In this document: positions 23,158-34,500 of the stretch, piece by piece | Numbering within the stretch: position 1 is the first letter of the stretch | How the letters are laid out: each line of letters begins with the position of its first letter | NCBI GenBank assembly: GCA_950097015.1 | Contig: CATNEN010000025.1 | Coordinates: 682,001 to 746,000 of the forward strand | Source of the DNA: Macrostomum hystrix | Lineage: Eukaryota > Animalia > Platyhelminthes | DNA: 64,000 bases | Direction: 5' to 3' | The notes under the pieces: model-generated | Told to the model about the DNA's origin: nothing | The model's database searches: none | What the model saw: the letters and a program-made list of their open reading frames with translations, nothing else | Position numbers and translations under genes: made by a program

Positions 23158-23859
23158 CTAGCACATCAGGCCGGGCTGGAGGGCCAGAACCGATTCCTGG
23201 TACTTGCCCAGCAGCTCCTCGTTCTGCAGGAACAGGTTGAACACCTCCGGGCTCAGTTGAGTCGCCGGATCGTCCGGACTCGGCGGGATGACGGTCGGCG
23301 GCTGCTGAGTCGCCAGGTCGTCCAGGTAGGTCACCTCGTACAGGATGACGCCGCCGTGGTGGGTGGGCACGGCGATGACGTCATCCTTGCTGAGCAGCGC
23401 CAGCACCTCCTCGATGGAGGAGGCCCTCGGGATGCTGGCCACGTCCTCCCTGCTGACGAGCAGCTGAAGGTCCTTCAGGCCGGGCCGGCACCAGCGGGCC
23501 GTCTGGCTTTGGACGGTCGGCGACCGGCGGCCCGCCGAGCTGCGAGACGAAGCCGCCGAGCTGCAGGCCGACGACTCCGAGGCCGAGGAGCTGCCGGTCA
23601 GCGAGCAGGGCGACGACCTCCGAGTCTCGTCCGGAGTGGAGGCGGCCTCGAGCCGCAGCGGCAGCCGAGCGGGCTCGTCTCCCAGCACGGACAGGGCGCT
23701 GGAGATGGCGGGGAACAGGCCCAGAAGGTCGCGGTCGGCTGCCTCCCAGGTGCTCAGCTCGAAGATTCTGTCATCAGCGTCTCCGCCAAGTCGCTGGATG
23801 AGGCCGGACTCGGCCTTGAGAAACTGTTCAAACGGACTGGCGGCTGACTCTCGCGGCAT
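23158..23859 (-). CDS. Intronless 233-aa hypothetical protein with a Ser-rich linker and a possible CBS-like segment
   Basis: GC-rich island with strong GC3 bias, ATG in a CAGCCATG context, and non-repetitive sequence, flanked by AT-rich DNA. No family recognised with confidence. Confidence 0.7.
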   Translation of the reverse strand: MPRESAASPFEQFLKAESGLIQRLGGDADDRIFELSTWEAADRDLLGLFPAISSALSVLGDEPARLPLRLEAASTPDETRRSSPCSLTGSSSASESSACSSAASSRSSAGRRSPTVQSQTARWCRPGLKDLQLLVSREDVASIPRASSIEEVLALLSKDDVIAVPTHHGGVILYEVTYLDDLATQQPPTVIPPSPDDPATQLSPEVFNLFLQNEELLGKYQESVLALQPGLMC

Positions 23860-24429
23860 GGCTGATGAAAGTGCTCCTGGGTGTGCTCAACGAATGGTAC
23901 TATCGCGTGTTCTGGGCTTGCGGTGAGCTTAACTGATAAAAGCCTCACTTTACACCGCTCACTTTAATAGCCTATTTGGGGGTGGCCGCGCCCCCATTCG
24001 CCACTCAACCCCAATCGCCACCCAACCACGCCGACCAATGGCAGGCCAGCTATACTCCGACCTACCCGCCTCCCCGATACCCGACTTCTGAGTCCTCGCA
24101 AAACTAAACTGCAAGTATGCACATTGAGATGAAACTCACTGTGAGTATTCACTGTGAGAAACTCACTCTAGGTATTTGTACCTAGAAAACAAGTAGTATG
24201 TCATTCTTTCTAGTGTAACTCATATCAATGTTCTTTTTCATTACGGTAGATTCTCCTTGGTTCCTGACTTCCTGGCAGGTGGTTCTGAGAAGGCTAGTGT
24301 GAAATCATTATATCAAGATAATATAGGCAAAATTCATTATTTGCTATGATTTTTTGCTCTTAAAAGAGGTAATACATAGTATTCTAGCTAATCCATCAGT
24401 AAATTATCTGATTTATGGGAATTTGATAT

Positions 24430-25090
24430 CGGTCAATGGGGATTCAGATGATTTGGGATTTCAGTAATTAGAATATTGGTTAATTGGGATTTCAAAAACT
24501 TGAGATTTCAATAAATTGGGATTTCGATGAATTGGGATTTCAGTGAATTGGGATTTCGATTAATTGGGATTTCGATGAGTTAGGATTTCAATAAATTGAG
24601 ATTTTGATAAATTGGGATTAAAAAATGGATTATCAGTGAGTTTGGATTTCAATGAATTGGGATTTCAGTGAATTGGGATTTCTGTGAATTGGGATTTCGT
24701 TGAATTCGGATTTCGGTGAACTGGGATTTCGATGAATTGGGATTTCGATGAATTGGGATTTTAGGTGAATTTGGATTTCGATGAATTTGAGATTTCGATG
24801 AATTGGGATTTTAGGTGAATTTGGATTTCGATGAATTTGGGATTTCGATGAATTGGGATTTTAGGTGAATTTGGATTTCGATGAATTTGGGATTTCGATG
24901 AATTGGGATTTCGATGAATTGGGATTTCGATGAATTGGGATTTCGATAAAATGGTATTTAAAAAACTGGGATTCTTGGTGAGTTGGGATTTCGATGAATT
25001 GGAATCTCAGTGAATCGGCATTTCAGTGAATCGGGATTTCGGTGAATTGGGATTTTGGAAAGCAATGAATTTTGGGAAATTTAGGATTTC
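24430..25090. repeat. Degenerate ~20-bp tandem repeat (GATGAATTGGGATTTC core)
   Basis: Repeated AATTGGGATTTC units. Confidence 0.9.
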
Positions 25091-26144
25091 AGCAAAAAGG
25101 AACTGCACAAGGATAAAAATTTATCATCTAGCAATACCTCAAATCAACGCTGGTCTACAATATGTGACACTGAAAGTGGCTTAAATTTAAGTACCAATAC
25201 AATAAAGTATCCCTCTTTTTTAATTTTATTTAGAAACAGACTAATCGTGCAATTTATTTTTGGGCATGCGTGTGTGTGCATTCGAGAGAATCATGTTTAT
25301 TTTGACTGACTTGGCTGTGATGTGTGAACCAAATATAGCTTAAAAACTAGTTTATGTTATGTCATTATTGATCATACGAGGGTAATAGTCAATTATTCGT
25401 ATTACACAACGGTATCTGAATATACCCAATTAGCAGTTGTGCTAATGTAATTTATTATACACCAATTAGCAATTGGCGTACCCATATGAAATGCAGTACT
25501 AAATGATGACGACATTTAATAGTGAGGTCTGTTCCCCCTCAGTTCAGTCCTCATGAAAGTTGCGCATATGCCATCAAAACAATGCGAGTGTAAAATTCTT
25601 TTGTTTAAAAATTTAACCTTTTTTTAGGAGGCCTGCAGGCTGCGCTTGTTGGCATTTTATACACAAAGTTATTGAACCCATTTTATTTACCGCGAGATTG
25701 TCACATCCCTGCAGATCCCATTGTATAAATATTTTCTTATACACCGCACACACAGCTTGACAGCCAGCAGTCCCATTGTGCTGCATGCGCTTAAAATGGA
25801 CTAATGACGCAATCAGGCCTATATATCCAGTCCACCTTATTTGCAGCTTGGCCAATGCGCATTAGCACCTCATGATCTTTACCCGAAACTTGCGAGCACC
25901 AGGTGTTCTCACTGCTCAGGTAAACCAAATATAGAGAGAAGCGAAAGATTATAGCCTGGAGAATCTTATGCGCGAATAGACTCATTTTCACCATGAGTAA
26001 ACGAGTCTAGGAAAACAGTTCATTAAATAACTTTCTCGCCTTTTTAAAGTCATGTTGTTAAAGTTGAAGTCATAAATTAATAACTTCTCTGCATGGACTC
26101 TTTCAAATTTTGCTCGAACTGTTGCATATATCTCATTAATTGTA

Positions 26145-26400
26145 GGGGTCTCATCTGAATGAGCAGAGTCTCATCTGAATGAGCAGGGTCTCATCTGAAT
26201 GAGCAGGGTCTCATCTGAATGAGTAGGGTCTCATCTGAATGAGTAGGGTCTCATCTGAATGAGTAGGGTCTCATCTGAATATATGAGTCTCGTCCAGTAT
26301 ATCCAGTTGTCATAATAGGCTTCTGGATATGGGTCTCATCTGTATGTGCATGATCTCCTCTGGACGAGCAGGGTGTCATCTAATCGTGCAGGGTCTCATC
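26145..26400. repeat. 20-bp tandem repeat (GAGYAGGGTCTCATCTGAAT)
   Basis: About 7 clean units plus degenerate copies. Confidence 0.9.
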
Positions 26401-28522
26401 TTAAATATGCATGATTTATTGATTAATAATTTTCTAAAACCATTTTACACTTAATACTCGTACATTAATGAAAAGGTATGTGTATGATAAATTGCTATAA
26501 AAAACAACCATGCACACCGAGTCCATTGTCTTGGATATATTGCACCATAGAATAGACGTTTATGTGCACATGTGATAAGTCTCGCTGCAACCTGCGTGTA
26601 TCAGCCAAGTGAGACGTCCGGGCTCACGCCAGTTACTACGCATTGATTCTAGTACGTAGTATTCTTGACGTAGTATCTACTCGTCCCTGTAATAACGAAA
26701 TGCGAGAAACAACTTAAGATGCTGTAAAAGAATATGTAACACTTCCAACAGAGTGCTAATTCCTAAAAAGGTAGGCTATTTCTTTTTATAAGTAAAAAAC
26801 GATTTTTTACTTAAAAGAGTCGTTTGTACAATTGTTTAACTGTTGATTCCGTTATTATATTAACTTAAATGTGATTTTTCCAAGACAAAGCTTTTTTTAA
26901 GAAATCATTATCCTAACAGACAAAGAGAAGCTTGAACGAACCATTTTCGAATCCTAAATGGTTCTAAATAGCTCCTACATCGTAAAAGCGCAAGGCCTAT
27001 TGTTTCTATTTATAAAATTCAATAATTTAAGTTAGACTAATACAGTTACATATTTAAGTTAGTATGTTTTAGCTACGCTTAGCGCATCATGAAACTTTAT
27101 AAAAACTTTATGCAGTTGTTAGACCTAACAAGAAAAAGTTGGCTACCCGATGTTGAAGACATATTCGTATTTATGCTATTCTGTTATATTTTATCAGTTA
27201 TTATTTTAATATTTCTTAAAACCTTGCTACATATATTTGAGCAACTGTAAGATAGCTTTATAGTTTCAGATGAACAAAAGTTCTATTATTATAAATTAAC
27301 CAACAAAAAACTTGTATACAGGTTATTATAATGTTAAAAAAAATTTTGTATTACTTAATTACTTATTAGATCTATCAATCTAATGTTCCTCTAGCTTAAA
27401 TTCTTTATACCTGTCTAAGTAACATTTTTGTAAACTCTTTATTTAAACTTTGGTTTAAAGCTCATCATACATGCGCAACCTCCCAAGTCTTAGCCAGCCG
27501 TGCCCGTGCGACTTAGTTTTTGCTATCATTTGCGACTTAGTTCGTTTCATAGCTCTATTTACGACTTAGTTTGCTCTCATTTGCTCTCTTTTTCTCTCCC
27601 CTAGTTCCTTTTCTTCACGCCTTCCTTTTTTGTCCCTTAGTCCCCCCTTTGTTTTTTTGCGCTTGGTTGATTGGTTTTTGCGACTTACCTTGCTTGGCCC
27701 TCGTTTCACCCGGCCGGTTTGGCCAGGTCGGCCAGGTGTTGCTCATGTATGAAGCTCACCCATAGTGAGTAAGTGAGAAAGTTGGCAGTTTAGATCCTAG
27801 TCACTTCATCAACTGTTGTTTTGTCAAATATTTGACAAAGTGACCAGCATTAAGCAGTGCCCTAATTTATAGTTGACAAAGTGACCCAAAGTGCCAAGGC
27901 CAGAAATCTATGGTTGACAAAGTGATCAAGCTTTCTTGCTGTGTTTGCCCTGATTTTAAGCCAATTAATGACTATATCACTACATTTTCTGCAGTAAGAC
28001 AGGTCCTGGGAGGCCAGAAGTCTGCATCATACACTTGGAAGCTGCCATGTGCAAAAAATGTACTAAGTGGGTAGTATTGAATAGCATTTTAAACAGGCCT
28101 ATAACTTTGAATTAAAAAAAAAACTATAAACTTGCAATGCTTTAAACTTGTGATTAATAACATTTATGAATGGTAACAAAGAACAATTAGTAATCAATAA
28201 ATAATATATATAAGAAAATTTGTTAGAAACTTTACTGAACAACAACTTTGCACAAGTTGCAACCAAAGTTGCGCTAATAATTGACTAGTTTCTTACTCCA
28301 TCTTACTCCATCCAAATAGGCATTTTACATCTTTATTATACAGTGCAGTCCATCATTTGATTTAGTTGTGATTTAGTTGATGGATTATAAAACAACAGAG
28401 CTCTTTTTTTATTTACAATATCACAAAAAGTCTGACCTAGCTAGCTATATTGATCGGTGTGGCCCTGTATTCTAGGCAATAGCACCTGACACAAAGTTTT
28501 TCAGCTTTAATTGAAATCAAAT

Positions 28523-28536
28523 ATGTCACAAAGGCA

Positions 28537-28567
<31 letters not shown>

Positions 28568-31500
28568 CAACAAGCATTATCTGCAGCAGAAGAGGAGCCA
28601 GCAGAATCACAGAATCTTGTAGACTATTTTTTTGTTGTTGGCTTGGATCTCGAGATGGGCTTAGAGCATTTTAATGCAACAGGTAATGTTGAGTATTTTG
28701 TAATGTGCAATAGCTCTGCTTTTTATACACTAGATCGGTGTAAATATAGCCTAATTTCCATTGCATCGCAGGTGAGGGCGAATCCGAAGCCGAGCTTCTG
28801 CGCACTCCGCCACTTGAGCGCAGCTACAAGTGCAAAGTCTTGCATCACTTCCCTGAGCACACGCCCGGGCATCAGTTTGAGAAGGACTCCGTTGCAATGG
28901 TTAGTGTTTGGAAATTGTACTCGTTTTCGTAACTAGCTTTTCAGGTTTTTTGCAATCCGGCACTATTGGTCCAAAATCAAACTTAGGAAAGTCTTCTAGC
29001 ACCTTTAGCTTCCTCTTTATTAGTCAGAACTGTATAGTTTATAATCAAGCAGAAATATATACTCAGAAATATACTAGTTTAGATCGTTTAGATGTATTAA
29101 GAATACTCGTTTAAACATTGTCACTCGTAATTTCAAACTAAGGACTCGAAGAATGATCTGACATTTGGAAATAATTCGTTAGACTTTAGAATCTGGGTAC
29201 TCGAGGTTAAGATCTGAGCACTCTTGGCTTAGATCTGAGAACTCTAGGGTAAGATCTGAGCACTCTTGGCTTAGATCTGAGAACTCTAGGGTAAGATCTG
29301 AGCACTCTAGGGTAAGATCTGAGCACTCTAGGGTAAGATCTGAGCACTCTAGGATAAGATCTGAGCACTCTAGGATAAGATCTGAGCACTCTAGGATAAG
29401 ATCTGAGCACTCTAGGGTAAGATCTGAGCACTCTAGGGTAAGATCTGAGCACTCTAGGGTAAAATCTGAGCACTCTAGGATAAGATCTAGGCACTCTTAA
29501 GCTTAAATTTGGGCACTCTTAAGTCAAAGTTAAGATCTGAATTTTATGGTAAGATAAGATCTGGGCACTCTAGTTTTAGAACTGTGGGTTCTTCTCTCAT
29601 ATCTGGGCATTGCCTGTTAGAAAGCAGGCATTGTACGCCGGATACCTATCCCAGCTAAGCTGAATTTAACCGTGGCGCACCTGCAACTCCACACGCAGAT
29701 GACAATGCCGCACGGCTTGACTTTGCGGACCGATCGCAGTATGGACAATGCCCAGCCTGTGGCTCATCATTTTCTCATTACTCGCGAGGATGGCACCAGA
29801 GCTCACGGAGTATGCATAATCTATTACGAGGAGGTGAACGCCAGCCAGGTGACCAGCGCCATCTCCACCCTGCAGTCCATCTACTCGCAGGAGCGGGCCA
29901 CGGGCTTTGTCGACTTCGAATCTCGCGCAGCCATGGACACAGTGTCCTTGCATTCGTTGAATTGTTACAGCGAATCCTCGGACAGGCTGTACGCCGCCAA
30001 GGCTGTCGGCTTGCTAACCAGAGCTCCGCTATTGCACTCGCTTGAGCACTGGCTCTGGGACCTGCTGTCAGCGGTGCGATGGCCCCGGCCGCCACCGCTG
30101 CCGCTGGAGTCCTACATCTACAATCTGCTGTTCGAAGTGCCGCTGCCGCCAGCTGGCCGGTCTGTCGCCTTCCGCGGCGTCTACCGGGACCTGCTGGCGC
30201 ACAGTCCGGGCCAGCACGAGCTGCCGCCGTTTGAATTCAGCCTTAGACACCTGGTTGACATGCTGCAGTTGGACAATCTGCTGCAGGTGTACACCTGCGT
30301 GCTGCTGGAGTACCGGGTTGTGCTGTTCTCTGAGGGTGAGTTCGCTTGCAGCATTTCAGACGCAACATCCAGCTCTGTGAACTAATGAAATCCCATTCTC
30401 CCATGCTGCAGACTATCGCAATCTGATCCTAGTCGCCGAAGCCATCACCACGCTGCTATTCCCATTCGTCTGGCCGCACGTGTACGTGCCAATATTGCCG
30501 GCTTCGTTGAAACACTTCCTGGAGGCCCCGGTGCCATTCGTCATGGGACTGCGCCTGCGCGAGGACGAAGATCCAGAGGATGTCAATCTGCCTAGCGAGG
30601 TTGGCTTGCGACTAGAGAGGGAGTAAATTGGTGGTGCGGTAAAACGTCCGACTCTTGCACCGGGGGTCCTGGGTTCGCATCTGCGACAAACTTTGTACTC
30701 CAAACAAACTGTTCTGACTGAAAATGCTTTGTAAAAATTTAAATGGCTACCAGCATAAGTTAGAGGTGTGGCAGCCCCAACCCGCCAGTCCATGGAACCA
30801 CAAACTGTACACAGCCATTACATCAGGTGATATCTATCTCTCCTTTGACTGTTAAAAATGTGCTCATTCTCGCACCGAGGTCCCTGAGCTAGATTCCGTG
30901 GCGAGGCCACATTCATTTGGGCCTCGCCCAAGCCTCGCATTTGGGCCGCAGCCGCTGAGAGAAGGCTTGGGGGCTTGTCGTGCAATTATTGTTACGCCCT
31001 TGAGGGCCAACCTCCAAGGCACAGTGGGAGTTGTACACTGCCTGACTATGATAAAGTCAGGCCGCAGCCCACAGCCCTCCTGCAATTAATTTTATTGTTA
31101 AGGTGATTGTTAATAAACGCGCTATTCAAGTTCGGCCCTAGGCTACTATTGAGATTCGCCAATCCTCGCCCTTGCCAGGCCAATGTCTGCTTTGTCTATA
31201 TCGATCAGCGCCGGGTGAAGTCACCAGACGATTTGCCGAAGCTGCCAAATGAGCGCGAATTGAAGCAGGAGATCACTAACATCCTGCGCGCCTATCCTGC
31301 CGAGTGCGACGCCGACTTGCCTGATTGGTCGCGCAGATATCAGCAGCAGCAGCAGCAGCACATGCAGATGTCCCGCCTATCGTTGGGGCCCAGTGGAGAT
31401 GCCAAGAGTCCGGCAGCTCAGGCAGCCGACGAAATCGCTGTCGGTGCGCCGGCGCCCGCCGCCGGAATTGTCAAATCGCAGAGTTTCGACGCCGACAGCG

Positions 31501-34500
31501 GCATGAGTTCCACGCGCAGCTCCTACCGCCACAGTGTGCAGTCTGAGGCCGTGGCAACCGCCGCGCCGGCCGAAGCGATCAACCGCAGCGACACTCTGGA
31601 GCATGTGTACATGCTGGCAAGAAATGCCAACGTGTCGCTGGAGAATCTCACCGAGCGGCTGTCAGCGGCCGTGGCGGCCAGCTCCGGAAATGCCGCCACA
31701 TCCGGCGTCGGCAGTCAGGGTGACGGCTCTCCGGTCATTGTAGGAAAGGGAAAAAAGTCTGCCTCGCCAGACGAGGAGATGTACGAGAGGCGCTATCACG
31801 GCATGCTGAAGTTCAACAATGCCATGCGGGAGATTTTCCTCAACCACTTTGCCTTCCTGCTGCAGGTGAGGAGCGGGATATACTGTTATCAAATTTTCCC
31901 CTGATAATCAGATATCCTCACATCCCATCTTCCCTCGATCCTTCTAGATATCCTCACATCCCATCTTCCCCCGATCCTTCTAGATATCCTCACATCCCAT
32001 CTTCCCCGATCCTCAGATATCCTCACATCCCATCTTCCCCCGATCCTTCTAGATATCCTCACATCCCATCTTCCCCCGATCCTTCTAGATATCCTCACAT
32101 CCCATCTTCCCCGATCCTCAGATATCCTCACATCCCATCTTCCCTCGATCCTCAGATATCCTCACATTCCATCTTCCCTCGATCCTCAGATATCCTATAT
32201 TCCATCTTCCATCTTTCCCTGACCCCTTTGATATCCTCACATCCCATCTTCCCCCGATCCTTCTAGATATCCTCACATCCCATCTTCCCCGATCCTCAGA
32301 TATCCTCACATCCCATCTTCCCCCGATCCTTCTAGATATCCTCACATCCCATCTTCCCCGATCCTCAGATATCCTCACATCCCATCTTCCCCCGATCCTT
32401 CTAGATATCCTCACATCCCATCTTCCCCGATCCTCAGATATCCTCACATCCCATCTTCCCTCGATCCTCAGATATCCTCACATCCCATCTTCCCCGATCC
32501 TCAGATATCCTCACATCCCATCTTCCCTCGATCCTCAGATATCCTATATTCCATCTTCCATCTTTCCCTGACCCCTTTGATATCCTCATATCCCATCTTT
32601 TTCTGATCCCACGATTCTCCGATATCCTCAAATCTCATAATTCCCTGATCCTCATCAATACTCACATCCTATGTGTATCTGGTTCTGAGATATCCCCACA
32701 TCGCAACCTCCCTTGATCATCTGATATCCCACAATAGTTAAAAGTACAAAATAGCGCTCTTATAGTTTTCAGCCTGCAGCAATTGTCGAAATTGATTTGT
32801 GGCCATGGTAGGGCCAAACCCGGACTGGCCTGGGCTTAAGCTCGCTACAATCTGTCCGTTTCATTTATTGTGGGAGCGAAAATGTTTGGCCAGAATTTTG
32901 TGATAAAGTTGACCATCATTCTCGAATATGACTGCAGATAAAGTCTATAGGAACAGTAGAAATCAAGAAATCAATACAGCTGTACATCTGGCCCATATTA
33001 GAAGTCAACTAATATTTACAAGCTTTTAGACAAAAAATGCTACACAAAATCTAATTCTCCGCTTGTTAGAAAGAATTGCAATAAAAGAAAATCGACTTAT
33101 GAAAACAGCTGGATTATTCTGGATTAGTATTCATCTTTATAAAAATAATAATATGCCAAATGCGACTTTAAAAATCAAGGGCCACTTCCAGGAGAGAAAA
33201 TTTCTTGCTTGCCTGTCTTCTTAGCTATAGTTTTTCATCGCAGGCGAGATTCTGCGCAATGTTCTCTGCGACCTTTACCTATTTCCTAGACTCGTATTTC
33301 TAAATACTGACTTCTTATTCTGGGTGTTGTGGAAGTAGCATTGATCTATGCTAGTTTGTTGTCTCGCCTGGTTGTATTCAGCCACGCATCGTTAGGATGG
33401 AAATTTTTGGTGTCCTTAATCTTAAGGAAAAAAATCTGGCTTAAAAAATTACTGAGATTTTTTTTGCAATAAGCATTGAATTTGGGATCTGAAAATGAAA
33501 TAAATCATTAGAGGATTCAGAACTGAAGGGTTATTTTTAGGGATCTAGCAATGAGCTAAGGAATATAAACGTTTTTGGGAATTAAAATATTATGTACCTT
33601 AAAAATGCCCCAATCGGGCCAGATGTGCAGCCGACTGCACAGCCGCAGCTATTGCGTGGCGCATCTGAAGGCTGCGCATGGCTGTTCAGTCCATGGACTG
33701 GGGGTACGCCATACCAAACCTCTATTACTCCAGCTAATGCCGTTACCCATTTTACAGCTAGGTAAACTGAAGCAATTTAGAGTTAATTGTCTTGCTAAAG
33801 GACACAATCTGTTCCAGTGGAGTCAGGAATCGAACCCCCGACCTTCAAGTCGTAAGTCCGACGCTCTAATCGCTAGGCTAAAAACTCCGCTCTTCAAGAT
33901 TAAAGTCTGGATTTAAATAAGACTCTGACAAGCTTTACAAGCTTGCAACTACTGTTGAAAATATAATGAGCTATTTGTTAATCGGCCTGCATCTCACCAA
34001 CCTCACCAATCCAGGACTATGACAAGTACGTTAAGGACGGCGAGCAGGACGTCAGCGACATGGTCTCCGGACGGGACACGAACAAGTTCGACAAGAGCGC
34101 CTTTGTCAACGACTTCCCCAACGCCTACCTGGCCTTCCTGTCGCCATTCCTGGAGACGCAGATGTTCGCCACTCTGTTAGATTTGAAGATTCTATCCAAG
34201 CTGTCAAATCAGGAGGACTCAAATTTGAGACTATTTCACGATAGAATCGAGCAGAGAAGGCTGCAGCAGCAAAAACTGGAGGGCGGGCCACACGCAGACC
34301 GGATGGGCATGAAGATCTACCAGCCTGTGGCCTCCGTGCCCGAGCCCGGTATGTACCCGAAATGTATCGAAAAACTCTGAATTACAGTCTTGGTCCTCAA
34401 TAGAGTGTGATTAACCGAGCGATTAGCGCGTATGACTCTCGCACTGAGGTCCCTGAGCTCGAATCCGCGGCGAGGCCACATTCATTTGAGGCGCAGCCGC

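Noticed and set aside
23137-23847. 236-aa plus-strand ORF
   Set aside because: It is the antisense shadow of the GC3-rich minus-strand ORF, with typical shadow composition. Strand assignment still needs RNA data.
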